From Catajapyx aquilonaris (taxonomy: Eukaryota): a stretch of DNA of 42,049 bases. The position numbers and the translations under genes are program-made. Each line of letters starts with the position of its first letter. Position 1 is the first letter of the stretch. Below are positions 1-11,631 of the stretch, piece after piece. The notes beneath the pieces are model-generated. The model was given only the letters and a program-made list of their open reading frames with translations, searched no databases and was not told where the DNA came from. The DNA lies in the NCBI GenBank assembly GCA_000934665.2, contig JYFJ02003418.1:1-42049 (forward strand), read 5' to 3'.

Positions 1-48
1 CCCTTTTTGGGGGGCAGAGGTAAAGTCTTAAAACCTGAAAACTCGCCC

Positions 49-176
49 ATTTTCTTGAAATTCGGTGCATTGATAGTCCCCGAAAAGGGGTCAACCGAGT
101 CATTTTGAGCAGGTCACTTTAGGTGAGCTTTTCATCCCTTGGGATGGCCTACCAATGTACCGAATTTCAAGAAAAT
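49..176. repeat. 28-bp inverted repeat (26/28 match) in a repeat-element fragment
   Basis: attttcttgaaattcggtgcattgatag (49-76) pairs with ctaccaatgtaccgaatttcaagaaaat (149-176). Followed by two similar CCCTTGTNAG motifs (198-207, 336-345). Confidence 0.6.
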
Positions 177-1300
177 CGTTGACACCTTGGAAAGTGTCCC
201 TTGTGAGTTCGAGAGGTCATAACTTTTGACCTTGTGGGCATCCACCTAAATTGTTTGCATTTTCTTTAATAACTTACCTGCCTATATTATTGTGCCAAGT
301 GGCATTCAGAAACTCCACTGACAACACTTACACTTCCCTTGTCAGTATTGTCCGATAGCTGATGTGCCTGCACATCAGCTGCAAGGTGGCGCCTAGCCAT
401 CCTATAAAGTACTGGAAGGATCGACGTCCCTGCTCATGCTCATCTTTACTTTGTTCATCGCAGAGCGTTGAAACTGTAGCATCTCAAAACGTATTTTCCC
501 ACTGACCTTTATCCAGAAAGTCACAGAGAACTAATTGCATTAAAAATATCAAATTAAAATTTATTAGTATCTGAAACGGGTTCACTTCTGAGAAAAGCGG
601 CTGCTGTGTGTGAAATTTTATCAGTTGTGAAATAAGTGCGGTTACTAACCATTTTTGCAGTAATAGAATGGAGGTCAGAAACTTGGAGACTGACAATATC
701 TTTCCATCCACTTAGCTCCTGTTGAGTGATTAATAGTAAATCACAAATAAGTGGTTTGACACTGTGTATGGCTGAAAGTGGTGATGCCCTTTTTCATATT
801 ATGTTTGAATGTTCTTTTTTTTTTGGAAGCAAGGCTTGAAATAGTAGGTTTTCAGAGGGTACCGCCCGATAAACTATTGTGGTTGTTTGTTGATATACCA
901 AATGACAGAGTTTTTGCATTATATAAGTTTCTTGAACAAGTTGTTGCAAAATTATTGGAACATGCTGATATAGTAATGTGAGGAGAGATGTCTTTCCTAT
1001 GTGCTGTAAGCATATCATTCAGGAAATAAAACACTACTACTACTACTGCTACTATTAATGGTGATGCTATAGCCTCTACAATTCAGTTTGTGTTATGGAA
1101 CAGTAATACCAAAAAATAATGGCGACTTGACATCCATATTTGGCGACCTTAACCTATGTTTCAGATGCCATTGGTGACCTGCTCATGCATCTCAGTTTCG
1201 AACACTGTACAGCTGCATTTAGATTAGCCTGGGGCCACAGGGCTAATTGTCAGGGCTTTATTATTTGGATGAGCACTGATTGATCTCAATTACTTTCCAG

Positions 1301-1479
1301 GTGACATTGAAGCACTCCAGACAATCATCTTGGAGCAACGAAAGGAACATGAACAGGAAGTTCATAAGAAGATCATGGAGAAATTATATTGTGACAGGAT
1401 GGCTGCTTATTGGAAGGCAGTTTTTTGGAAGAAGGTGGCTACCACCATGAACATCCAACAGGGCAATGCTACTATCTGA
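1301..1479 (+). CDS. Candidate terminal coding exon of an unidentified plus-strand gene (possibly TE-derived)
   Basis: Acceptor ttactttccag|, then a phase-1 frame DIEALQTIILEQRKEHEQEVHKKIMEKLYCDRMAAYWKAVFWKKVATTMNIQQGNATI-TGA, which looks helical/coiled-coil. No upstream exon identified. Confidence 0.35.
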
Positions 1480-2000
1480 GTGGAGGTACATTTCCTTGAG
1501 CCGTGGGTGTCTTTCGGTAATATTTTGGTATTCATGTTACCTGCAATGTGTGAAATGCTGGCAATCTATAGAATGCCTGATGTTTTTAGGCAAAGTATGA
1601 AATGTCTGTGTTGTTGTGAATATGTTACATACTTTGTCTAGGCTTTATACAGGGTGTTTCTTACTAGTACGGCCAACGGCCATCAGCTTATTCCTAGAGC
1701 GTAATTCCATGTGAGATTGCCCCAAAAAAAGCAAGACTCACACCCTCTGAAAGTGAAAATTGGAGTATCGACTTACACCCCAACAAGCAAATATGATGTA
1801 TACCTTTGTGCCTCTTGGGGTCAATAGTTGACAAGTTACAGGCACCGTGAAAAATGCCAAAAACCTAATTCAAGTATTTGGAACTTAATTTATTTCTAAG
1901 TTGTTAAATATTACAACCTGATCATTTTAGCGCTGATTTGTTGAAAAAGAATGCATTATGTGAGTAATATTTTATAATATTAAAATAATATCGTAAGCTA

Positions 2001-2080
2001 GGGAGGCATGGTGGTCTGGTGGTTATGCCACTGGCCAGCCAAGTGGGAGGCAGGGGTTCAAATCCCTTCCCCGGCACCTC
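2001..2080 (+). mobile_element. Degenerate tRNA-like sequence / SINE head (resembles tRNA-Gly GCC)
   Basis: A-box-like TGGTCTGGTGG and B-box GGTTCAAATCC (2055-2065). GCCAGCCAAGTGGGAGGC resembles the Gly anticodon arm, but the stems are broken. Confidence 0.6.
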
Positions 2081-2325
2081 TGCTTGGCCGGGTCTTTTTT
2101 CCCTTTTCACCCGACATGCCAGGGCAGAATTGCACTCCCTACTCTGCCCAGGGCCAGGAGAAAATGTCTGGTGTATTTCAGAAAGTCAGAAATGACTATA
2201 ATTACAGCACCCTGCCGCCCTCCCTCGGGAACCTCCCCTTCCCCGCCTAAAAGGGCTCCGCCCTATCACGGGGTAATTTTTTTTTTCAAAAAAAACATTG
2301 TACGTAAGCTGATTTTCATGGAGGT

Positions 2326-2488
2326 CAAAGGTCATGAACTTTTGTTTCTCAAAAAACCCATTTTTGAAAGTTACCAAAACTAGTACAAATGTAGGTCATA
2401 CTTGGATCTAACGTGTGACAAAATTTCACATGACCTTTATGTTCCCTTTTCGAGTAAGAAAATCAAAACCATCCCATTGTAACTCTGT
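2326..2488 (+). repeat. Dispersed repeat, inverted copy at about 6478-6638
   Basis: The shared segment includes taggtcatacttggatcta, tgacaaaatttcacatgaccttt and tcccattgtaactc. Confidence 0.8.
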
Positions 2489-2558
2489 GCAGCTCTGTGC
2501 CAGCCGAGATGCTAGCGCTGTGCTAGCCCATGACCTGCGAGGAGCCTCACCTTTCATA

Positions 2559-3453
2559 CGAGGCGCATCCGGAAAGTAATTTCCGTTTTTTTGTTAGAAA
2601 AACCACAATGCACCCCCAGAATTTTTATTTACACATCTGAAATCGACAACTGTCTACTTTTTTTTCAAAATAGTTTCCAGCCAAATTGGGGCATTTTTCA
2701 TTGAGTTACACAATATTTTGTATGCCTATGTCACAGAAGTCTGCCGCCAGCCATTTCAATGACCCCTGAACGCTGGATAGCAACTCCTCATCATCATCAA
2801 CTTTCTGCTTTGCAAGCCATTTCTCCCTGCTAGGCTCTAAATCCCAGATGATCAAAAAATTCTCATTTGAATATTATTGTTGCAGCAGTTCCAGTAAGCA
2901 AGGCAGTATGCAGGGGCGGGGCATTGTTGTGCAAGAAAACACCCCGAAACTCAACATGCTGTTATGTTTGTTCAACCCAAAGGTTTATTGTGAGACATTA
3001 CAGAAGTTAAGGATGGCAATTCACAAGAAATGTATCTGTATATTGAGTTTCAGGGTGTTTTCTTGCGCGACAATGCCCCCCTGCATACTGCCGTGCTTAC
3101 TGGAACCCTGCCACAACAATTCAAGTAAGACTTTTTTGATCACCTGGGATTTAGAGCATAGCGATTACCACCTGTCCATGGACAGGGAGAAATGGCTTGC
3201 AAAGCAGAATGTTGACGATGACGAGTAGTTGCAATCCAGCGTTCAGGGATCGTGGAAATGGCTGGCGGCAGATTTCTATGACATAGCCATACAAAATATT
3301 GCGTAACTCAATGAAAAATGCCCCAATTTGGCTGGAAACTATTTTGAAAAAAAGTATACAGTTGCCGATTTCAGCTGTGTAAATAAAAATTCTGGGAGTG
3401 CATTATGGTTTTTCTAATTTAAAAAACGGAACTTACTTTCTGGATGTGCCTCG
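2559..3453. mobile_element. Mariner-derived fold-back MITE (two inverted copies of the element's 3' end)
   Basis: TA|CGAGGCGCATCCGGAAAGTAA ... TTACTTTCTGGATGTGCCTCG|TA with arms of about 400 bp. Mariner transposase remnants: YCETLQKLRMAIHKK, WDLEHSDYHL (cf. SPDLAPSDYHLF), LAADFYDIAIQNI, EKCPNLAGNYFEK. Confidence 0.9.
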
Positions 3454-3838
3454 TATTTCAAAACTCTAAGTTTTGAAAGTTACAAAAAATTGTGCAAAGA
3501 TACTACAGATAAATGTCTACAATATGTCAGTTAATTTCATCGGACCTTTTCGTTTTTGCAAAAAAAAAACATAGATAAGAATGTAGCGTCACGCTCTCGA
3601 ATGGCCTCCAGTTTCCAGTGGCTGCGCACCATTCTCCCATTCCTTCCGTACACTCCATAATATCAATTAAATCCTGTTAATATTGCAGTATATGATGGCC
3701 GTGTAAGTTTCTGATCATAGCGGCTGTCTAGTTCATGTGCAGTAACCTAAAAATTCCAAGGTGGGATGGACAATTTACAATAGGCACACCTTTCTTTCTT
3801 CATCAGCACATTTAAGTCAGTGAACCCGTCTATTTGAA

Positions 3839-4072
3839 GGGTCTAAGATCAAAGGCGGCTAAGTCCAAAAAAAAAGCGGGTCGTAAAATGAGCAAAAACT
3901 GACGATTGCTTAACGAAAGTTAAGTAATCATCAGTTGTACCAGTGAAAACTGGTATAATCTTGTAACTTTTTGCGTCCATATGTTGCCACGGCTCAGCCA
4001 CATACGAAAATGTGCAATTAATACTCAATGACATTAAAATACATTATTGCTGGACATATTTGTGTTACACCC
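3839..4072. repeat. Dispersed repeat modules also present at about 6720-6838
   Basis: gggtctNagatcaaaggcggctaagtcca occurs as a direct copy (3839, 6721). [48 protein letters not shown] occurs as an inverted copy (about 4008-4054 vs 6775-6822). Confidence 0.8.
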
Positions 4073-4369
4073 CCTCATTTTGTGCTGTTCGATCCATATT
4101 GTGAAAATTGAAATACGGAGTTAAAATTATGTACTTTTTACCAATTTTGACATGGACATGTAGGGTATAGCACTATACCAGCCTGTACAATGAGTTCCTA
4201 GTACTATGTCAGTGTCCTTTTAGTTTTAGCATTTCCCCTTACGTTGTTATTTTTGAGTAGATATTTGTGCCCTGATTGAGGTGCCAAGTTACTCCCAGGT
4301 ATGGTCGAATATGCTACATAATATTGGGAGCCTCGATAGGGGTTCAAAAAACTACACAAAAATAACAAC

Positions 4370-4417
4370 AAAGAGTGAAATATCTGCTAATTTTAGTTAG
4401 CAGATATTTCACTCTTT
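4370..4417. repeat. Perfect 21-bp hairpin with 6-nt loop
   Basis: aaagagtgaaatatctgctaa-ttttag-ttagcagatatttcactcttt. Confidence 0.85.
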
Positions 4418-4432
4418 GGACCGAACTATATA

Positions 4433-5513
4433 CAGTAAAACTTCTACAGGGTGATTCTCTCGAATGGAAACCCAAACATTCCTCAATAACTTTTAAACTA
4501 TGGTATGGTTCCCAATGAAAATGGACAATCATGTACTTACCTTGTATCATGCCAAACAAGGTCTGACTAAAGAATTCACCAAAAGTGGTCCCCTCCAGCA
4601 TCCAAGAATTTTTAAATCCGAGTCTGCATATTGCCGAAGACTCCTGCAGATGTGGCGGGGGATGGCTCAATTTCCTACCCGCCCGCCTGCTTGGCGAGAG
4701 GGGATCTCAAGCTAAGGTCCCGTTGCCTTGAGATTCCCTCTCGCCAAGCAGGCTGGCGGGTGGGAGAGCGATGGGATCGCCGCCGCCTATCTGCAGGAGT
4801 CTTCGCCAATATGCAAACTCGCATTTAAAAATTCTTGGATGCTGGAGGGGACCACTTTTGGTATATTCTTTAGTCAGACCTTGTTTGGCATGATACAAGG
4901 TAAGTACATGACCCATTTTCATCGGGAACCATACCATAGTTTAAAAGTTATTGAGGAATGTTTGGGTTTCCATTTGAGAGAATCACCTTGTATAAGTCGA
5001 ATCTCCATGGGACCAGGAAAAAACTATGAGTTATAGAAGATTTGAGTTAGAGAAGTTTGGATTTTTAAAAGTACATAACTCTATAAGGAAGCCTGCCTTT
5101 ATATGAAATGTGTTCAAAACTTAAAAATAACTGTCACTATCACACTTACAATGTTCCATTATGGACATTTGCCTACTCTTAGATTCAAGGATTCAATTGT
5201 CATAATCGAGTCAAACACTTCTTTCGGTAATGTCTGGTAGACGTAGATCAGGAAATTGAGCCTTTCTGTATATGTGGCCTACTCTAGACCCTTCGGCTGG
5301 GAAATGAGAAAATTTCCATACTCGCCAACATGAACTTCGACTTAGGGATACTGAAAATGTATTGATATCCCATCGTAAGGCCCTGCCTGCACTTCGAGTT
5401 ATAGAAATTCGAGTTAGGGAAGTTTATTCCCTATTATTTTACTTTGTGACCAACCAAGCTCATAATAATTTACTTCGACTTAGGGAAGTTCGACTTATAG
5501 ATATGTTTTACTG
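4433..5513. mobile_element. pogo/Tigger-like MITE (outer element)
   Basis: TA|CAGTAAAACTTCTA[insert]TAAGTCGAA pairs with TTCGACTTATAGATATGTTTTACTG|TA; subterminal TTCGASTTA repeats. Confidence 0.85.
4447..4990. mobile_element. Palindromic Tc1/mariner-type MITE inserted into the left TIR of the outer element
   Basis: TA|CAGGGTGATTCTCTC ... GAGAGAATCACCTTG|TA; nearly identical inverted arms of about 265 bp; TA duplicated at 4445-4446 and 4991-4992. Confidence 0.92.
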
Positions 5514-6962
5514 TAGCTACATTTATTTTTAAAAATAATTGGAAAAAAACCAAATTGGAAAATTTCAAGTGAGGTTGAGTCAGTCGCTTACCCTCTCCTG
5601 CCACTAATAACTTTTCATGGCCTATAAGCCGAGCATCAATATATTGTTCAATGTCTTGCACATGCAAGTTGTAAAATCCCATTATCATGTTATATTTCAC
5701 TGCAGAGAGCGGAGAATTTTGTCAACTGACACCAAGTATTGGACTTCCTCTGGAGGCCAGAAATAGTTACTTATATGAACACATTCTTGGTGCGTCACAC
5801 TGACTTACGGTAGCAGTCCCCAAACTCACCAGATGCATCAAAAATTTGGTGTAACAAAACCTTATCAGCTGCAACGCATGCCACGAATGATGCCGGGTTT
5901 CGTAGTGGTGTTGACAGATTATTTTTATGGAATCCTCACTCAGGTACTTTTGCAAAGACATAATTATCTTCTCCTGGTAGTTTAAGGATCGAACATCGGT
6001 TATTTTGCAGTGAACCAACTGGTTGCACCTGTGTGGGTTTTCACTGAAACTACATTTCCTAATTTTCCTTAACAAACAGTGCTGGATTCTTGCCCAGAAC
6101 TTTATGGTCCACTATGAGTCTACTGGTACCATAAATTAAATCCCACGAACAATACACGTCGTCATAGCATACCACGCACTCGTCCTTTCACAGACCTGAC
6201 AGCATCACTATATCGCTCAAAGTCTATTCTACAACTGGAAAAATGAGCTAAACATATTTTCATGACTACAATGAACACGTGAGCAACACACGTCCTACCT
6301 GATGGTTCCCGTCATTTGTGCCGATTCATCAGTCAGTAGAACATCCAGTGATCAGGGGTGGTAAATCTTGTTCATGGTCTTATTTTAACAGAAGGAATTT
6401 TTAATATTTCAGCCGCTATCACTATGGGGCCTAGGTTTTTTCCTGGCCGGAGAGGTGAGGCAAGTCATGCACTAGCATGGAGTTACAATGGGACGGTAGT
6501 GATTTTTTCACTGGAAAACGAAAAACAAAGGTCATGTGAAATTTTGTCATGCGGTAGATCCAAGTATGACCTATATTTGTAATTGTTTTGGTAATTTTTA
6601 AAAATTAGTTTTTTGAGAAACGGAAGTTCCTGACCTTCGATCAACGTAAGTCTGAAAATATAATAATCTTTTATATGCATAAAATATTCCTGAACCCTTC
6701 TGTATTCTACATAAAATGAGGGGTCTCAGATCAAAGGCGGCTAAGTCCATTTTTGGGAGGTGTAACACAAATACGTCCAGCAATAATGTATTTTAATGTC
6801 ATTGGGTATTAATTGCACATTTGTGTATGTAGCTGGGGCACAAACTTTGGCTTATTTTTACTTATAAGGCCTATTTCAGTTAAGACATATCAAGGAACGC
6901 AAATTTTTACAAACAAACTTCCTAATACATATGTACCCCTACCTTTAGCAGCATCCCAACAT

Positions 6963-6990
6963 ACCCGGGCAATGCCAGGTAACCTGCTAG
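6963..6990 (+). mobile_element. Helitron-like 3' terminus
   Basis: Imperfect GC hairpin ACCCGGGCAATGCCAGGT, a short spacer, then CTAG|T. The 5' TC end was not located. Confidence 0.6.
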
Positions 6991-7557
6991 TTTAAACTAA
7001 ATGCCATTAATAACAGTCTAAAAGGAATCAACCAAGGATGTTGTAGGTGAAGCTCAAATTACTCGTAAATGTGCTATATTTTCCATGCTATAGCAAAAAA
7101 ATAGACCTTGGTCACAAAAGGTGCCCACGTCACTGTCCAAAGGTTAATGTGTAGTTAACACAAACTAATGTCAAACTTATGAAAATTTTAGCAGGCTAAC
7201 TGAACTTGGGGAACCCTGGGAGGTGAGATGTGACATGTTAAGTTAATGATGTCACACAAAGTAACAAACACCAGCCCATAACATTATTGCACACACTCTT
7301 CTGGTATATATATATATTTTTTTTTNGTTGTGTGGGTGGGTGGGGGGGGAATTCCAGACATGCATTTTGTCATTTGTACTTTTTAAATACGATTAACTGA
7401 CACAAAATGTTTGGTTTCTGTCAGGTGTGCCACTTGGGATCAGCTGCACCACAACTGTAGTTTTCAGAATTCTGATGTCCGCCCTCCACATAAGATGTAG
7501 ATCAAGTGGATTACACTTATCAAGCAGATGGAGCATTAGTTTGACTTCCCGAGGATT

Positions 7558-7659
7558 TTTTGATTGTTGTTTTCTTGTTCTGTGGCTGGAGTTTTGATTG
7601 TTGTTTTCTTGTTTTGTGGCTGGAGTTTTGATTGTTGTTTTCTTGTTCTGTGGCTGGAG
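7558..7659. repeat. Minisatellite, 3 x 34 bp
   Basis: ttttgattgttgttttcttgttYtgtggctggag repeated three times with a single mismatch. Confidence 0.95.
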
Positions 7660-7940
7660 TTCACGTGGGTACCTCAACGTGTTTTTGTATAAATTCTTGG
7701 TACACCTCACAATATTTAAAATAACAGTTACATTCCTGTAATGTTACTTGTTACTTGCCATGGGTATTGACAGTCATGACAGGTTATTTATAAATATATA
7801 TTTTTAAATGAAAATTTTGGATGGGGAAGAATTTAACGCCTATTGTGGACTTGTGCTCCAAATGCAAGCAGCCCCTAGGCAGAGGAAGAGCTCTGATCAA
7901 CTGTCTACATCTTGATTCTTGCTACTGTACAGTACATTGT

Positions 7941-8283
7941 GGGGAGGCAGAGTGGCGCTGCGTTAACATACGCGCCCACGGATGGAAAGGTCCTGTGTTC
8001 GATCCCAAGCCTGGGCATTCCCCCTTTATCTCGTGCAGAGTTTGGGGTCATCTTTGGCTTCATCTCAGTGGGATTTCCATCAGGCTAACCACCTGGGGGA
8101 GTTCACAGAATGACCATTGCGCTGCACCTTGCACTTCCCCTCTCAATCACCCTGCCCAGAGACCTGGGCTCTTCGTAAAAAGGTTCCAAACAGACTACAG
8201 ATTGTACACAAAGGTGTAATAAAGGTTCATGCGGTATACCCCGCGAGGGTGAAATAACTACCTGGTTGATGATGATGATGATG

Positions 8284-8285
<2 letters not shown>
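7941..8285 (+). mobile_element. tRNA-derived SINE with (GAT)n tail
   Basis: GGGGAGG start, A-box-like GTGGCGCTGCG, B-box GTTCGATCC (7997-8005), body motifs shared with the 8692 and 14372 SINEs, simple-repeat tail. Confidence 0.75.

Positions 8286-8355
<70 letters not shown>
8286..8355. repeat. (AAT)n microsatellite
   Basis: About 23 perfect AAT units. Confidence 0.97.
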
Positions 8356-8356
<1 letters not shown>

Positions 8357-8609
8357 GATACCCCGTGATAGGCCCCTTGGGCCTCTTAGGGGATCATCTT
8401 TTGAAAACCCGACTTTAATCATTTGCCTGAAATGTGATGGATTTTGATAGGGGGAGGAAACGGGAGAACCTCGAGAAAACCCACGCGAACACGGAGAGAA
8501 CCCATCGAAACTCTATCCACATAAGTATCCTCCGTCCGACCCGGGGATCGAACTCGGGACCTTAGAGGTGGAAGGCTGCGGCGCTAACCACTCGGCCACC
8601 GTGTCGCCC
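8356..8609 (-). mobile_element. tRNA-derived SINE with V-domain-like core
   Basis: Minus strand: A-box TGGCCGAGTGG, B-box GAGTTCGATCC, then GTTCTCTCCGTGTTCGCGTGGGTTTTCTCGAGGTTCTCCCGTTTCCTCCC, and a 3' stem-loop next to (ATT)n. Confidence 0.8.
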
Positions 8610-8611
8610 TC

Positions 8612-8679
<68 letters not shown>

Positions 8680-8691
8680 TATTATTTATTT
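8612..8691. repeat. (TAT)n microsatellite, the tail of the adjacent minus-strand SINE
   Basis: About 22 TAT units; produces the spurious poly-Tyr ORF 8568..8789. Confidence 0.95.
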
Positions 8692-9018
8692 ATTTTACCC
8701 CATTGAGGGAACATCGCTCTATTTGCGGGGTGGAACACCACCACATTTTCCATTTGTTTAAATTTTTCTTCAGCGCCGTGCATGGATGAAGGGACATGGG
8801 TAGGGATGGGGACTTTTGGGGAGGGGACACAGGTGCAGTGCAATGTCATAAACTGGGTCATGTGCAGTCCCCCAGGAGGTTAGGTTGCCAGACATCTCCA
8901 AGGCGCAGGTCAGAGACCCTTCTGACACAGCAGAGAGGGAAATCCCAGGCCGGGATCGAACCCGGGACCTTTCGATCAGCAAGCCAAGCAGTTACCAGCT
9001 CGGCCACCACACCTCCCC
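8692..9018 (-). mobile_element. tRNA-derived SINE, same family as 14372-14718
   Basis: GGGGAGGTGTGGTGGCCGAGCTGG ... GGTTCGATCCCGG; body gggtctctgacctgc..tgtctggcaacctaacctcctgggg..gcacatgaccca is shared with the 14.4-kb copy; ends GGGGTAAAAT plus (AAT)n. Confidence 0.88.
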
Positions 9019-9359
9019 ATGTTATTTTTTATTATTGTTGTTATTACTTTTATTATTTTTCTTGTTGTTATTATTATTATTAGCCTACTTTTTTAGCATG
9101 TATAATGAGACTCAAGGTTGAAGAAAGAGTGACTTCGTTTATTGTGGGGGTGCTGCTTATATACAAAAAGGGGAGGGCTCTCGTGCACCTGGTCAAAGGC
9201 AACTGGACAAGGGCACATCCTTGTTCTGGCTTAAAGTCTGGAAGGGTACATCCTGGTTGCGGATTAACTTGTCCTTGTGGTCTGGACGGACTGGCTGGGA
9301 ATCCAGGTGAGAATCCGGATGCCATCACACTTTTATTATTTTTATTATTGTTATTATTA

Positions 9360-9527
9360 CAGTTGAATCCGGATATAACAGACTTCAAGGGACCGCAGAA
9401 ATTAGTATGTTATAACCAATGTCTGTTACATCCAAATACACACACCATGACCATATATGGAAGTATGCCGGAAATCTGCCTTTCAAATCTGTTATAACCG
9501 AAAGTCTGTTATAGCCGGAATCAACTG
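9360..9527. mobile_element. Short pogo/Tigger-like MITE (168 bp)
   Basis: TA|CAGTTGAATCCGGATATAACAGAC ... GTCTGTTATAGCCGGAATCAACTG|TA (22/24 TIR match). Confidence 0.9.
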
Positions 9528-9538
9528 TATTATTATTA

Positions 9539-9963
9539 CAGTGAAACCCGTGTATTATGGAATCGCACGGGACCTAAAAATTTTCTGTAATGGACAGGTT
9601 TCCGCTATATTCAGATGAAGGACGTTACTTTTTTTTTTGCCGGTGAGAAAGAGAGGAAAATGGGGAGAGCAAAAATAAGCACCTTGCCTTCAATATGGTC
9701 CAAAATCAGTCCACCACACACTTTTTTCCGCGAAATTCTGTGCCTGTTGCAGAAACTTTCCAGCCACCCGCACCCATTTCAAACACTAAGTTTTGCCATA
9801 CCAAGTTTTTGGGCTATTAATTTTGCCTGCTCTTGTGGACCATCTGCCCAGACACGAGCAATACGTTGAGCCTTTGTAACCCCGTTCCTCTTCCCCGACA
9901 TTTTAAAACTGTACTAAACAGTGAACTTGAAGGCAGGGCACCTAAGAATCACGAGTCTCAATC

Positions 9964-10001
<38 letters not shown>

Positions 10002-10305
10002 CCCCTGGTTCACTCATGGCTCCGTGGGTCCTGGGTCCATGGGTCCTGGGAGGGTCGGAAGTGAACTCGGCTGTAGTTTCTATTTTTGTGACTCGCAGAA
10101 GATAATGTGAACCTTTTGATTTCCGTTATGAACAGGGATTTTCTTTGACGGGAGACAAAAATCCCTTTCGTTTCCGCGTTGGGCAGGTTCTGTTATATCC
10201 GTCAAAAAATACTTTTCATGCCCTATGCATATGCCCGTTCCCGGAAAAATTCCGCAATGGATAGGTTTCCGCTATACCCATGTCCGTTATGGGTAGGTTT
10301 CACTG
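9539..10305. mobile_element. pogo/Tigger-like MITE (767 bp)
   Basis: TA|CAGTGAAACC ... GGTTTCACTG|TA; subterminal aatggaYaggtttccgctata near both ends; internal (CT)n. Confidence 0.8.
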
Positions 10306-11631
10306 TATTACTGTGCGTGTGCACAGTACATCCACCTGAATACTCCACCTTACCTGGGCTCCTTCACACATTGTCAAAATGTATCCCATTGCCTTGTGTG
10401 ACACTGTTTACAGCGGCCTCAAGCTAGGTATTTCGGGGGATGGAAACCCGAGGCTTCAAAAGGCTATGTTACTGTGCCGAGGACTATTTGCAAGTGAGTT
10501 CCAGATCTTCGAAGGTTCAATTAAAAACTCGAACAATGATGCTCTGGAAGTGATTGGTTTTTTGGAAAAGGAAAGTTGGTACATGAGTGCAAATGTGTGT
10601 ATGCCATGTGGCTGGTTCCATTTCAATTCAGACAGAGGGTGTCCACTGTCCAGTCATGGTCTACGATTTTTTGAAGAAAAAATATATATGTGAAACCCAC
10701 ATCCAATTGAACTGTTATGGAGCAATCAGTTTTACGAGATTAAATTTAGTTATCGAGATATTAATATTTCTTTTAAGGGGTACCAAAATCACAATCACGG
10801 GAAGTTGCACTTTTTCCATTGCTTTCAATGAGTAGTATATTTCCGGAACCGTTCTGAAAACCAATATGAAATTTTAAACTCATGCTTTTGGAATAATGCT
10901 CTGTTATGCAATGCATTGAATCATATAAATCTAGAATTCAATTACTACGCATATGCCCCGGGTTTGGAATATATCTTTTGAAAGACAGCGTCATTCTCTA
11001 CACAAATGAAAATAAAATAATAAAATAAAAAGTGGCTTTTTTGAGTTAAAAATGTATCTTTCAGGCATGTTTTCTCATATTACCATATACTTTGACCAGG
11101 TGTATCTCTTCTTTGAATGCAGATATTAATGATATTATTTTGTCCCTACAACAAGCCCTTTTACTACATTGTACACAATAGGTTACATTTTGTATAACCT
11201 TAATAATAACTCCATAATAAATTGCGTAATACGTGAATTTCAAGCAAAACAAGCACTTTTGGCGATTATTTGAAGATGACTGTACGTCTGTACGAGTAAA
11301 TTACGGCATTGTGCATACCGAATTTTGATATAATTTTATAATAGAACTCATGCTACTTTGTTATACAAAAAATAACGATTAAATATTTAAAATGGCTTCT
11401 TCGAGAAAATATTTATTTGAAGTGTGCTATATTGCACATTGTAGCACAATGACGGAAGTTGTCATCTGAAAAAAAAAAAAAACAATATTGTATCTCACAG
11501 TTTGCATAAATATTCCCCGGGTTTTGACACTAAGTTACTTCATTTTATAACCTGTCTGTCCTTGTAAAATATAAAATAAAAATAAAAAATAAAAAATTGG
11601 GTTTTTGAGAAAAGAATTTTTGAAATATTGT

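Noticed and set aside
1648..1662. TA-CAGGGTG start of another Tc1/mariner MITE
   Set aside because: No matching right TIR found, so its extent cannot be defined.
2001..2080. Functional tRNA genes at the A/B-box sites (also 7941, 8609, 9018, 14372)
   Set aside because: Cloverleaf stems are broken and most continue into SINE bodies and tails.
5592..6075. Possible spliced minus-strand gene relic (ORFs 5767..6075 and 5470..5700 with GTGAGT/GTAAGC donors; Cys/His-containing)
   Set aside because: The donor at 5829 is phase 0 but the acceptor at 5700 needs phase 1, and I cannot assign a family. It may be a TE relic but is unsupported.
7558..7659. 34-bp repeats as a CRISPR array
   Set aside because: No spacers, eukaryotic context; an ordinary minisatellite.
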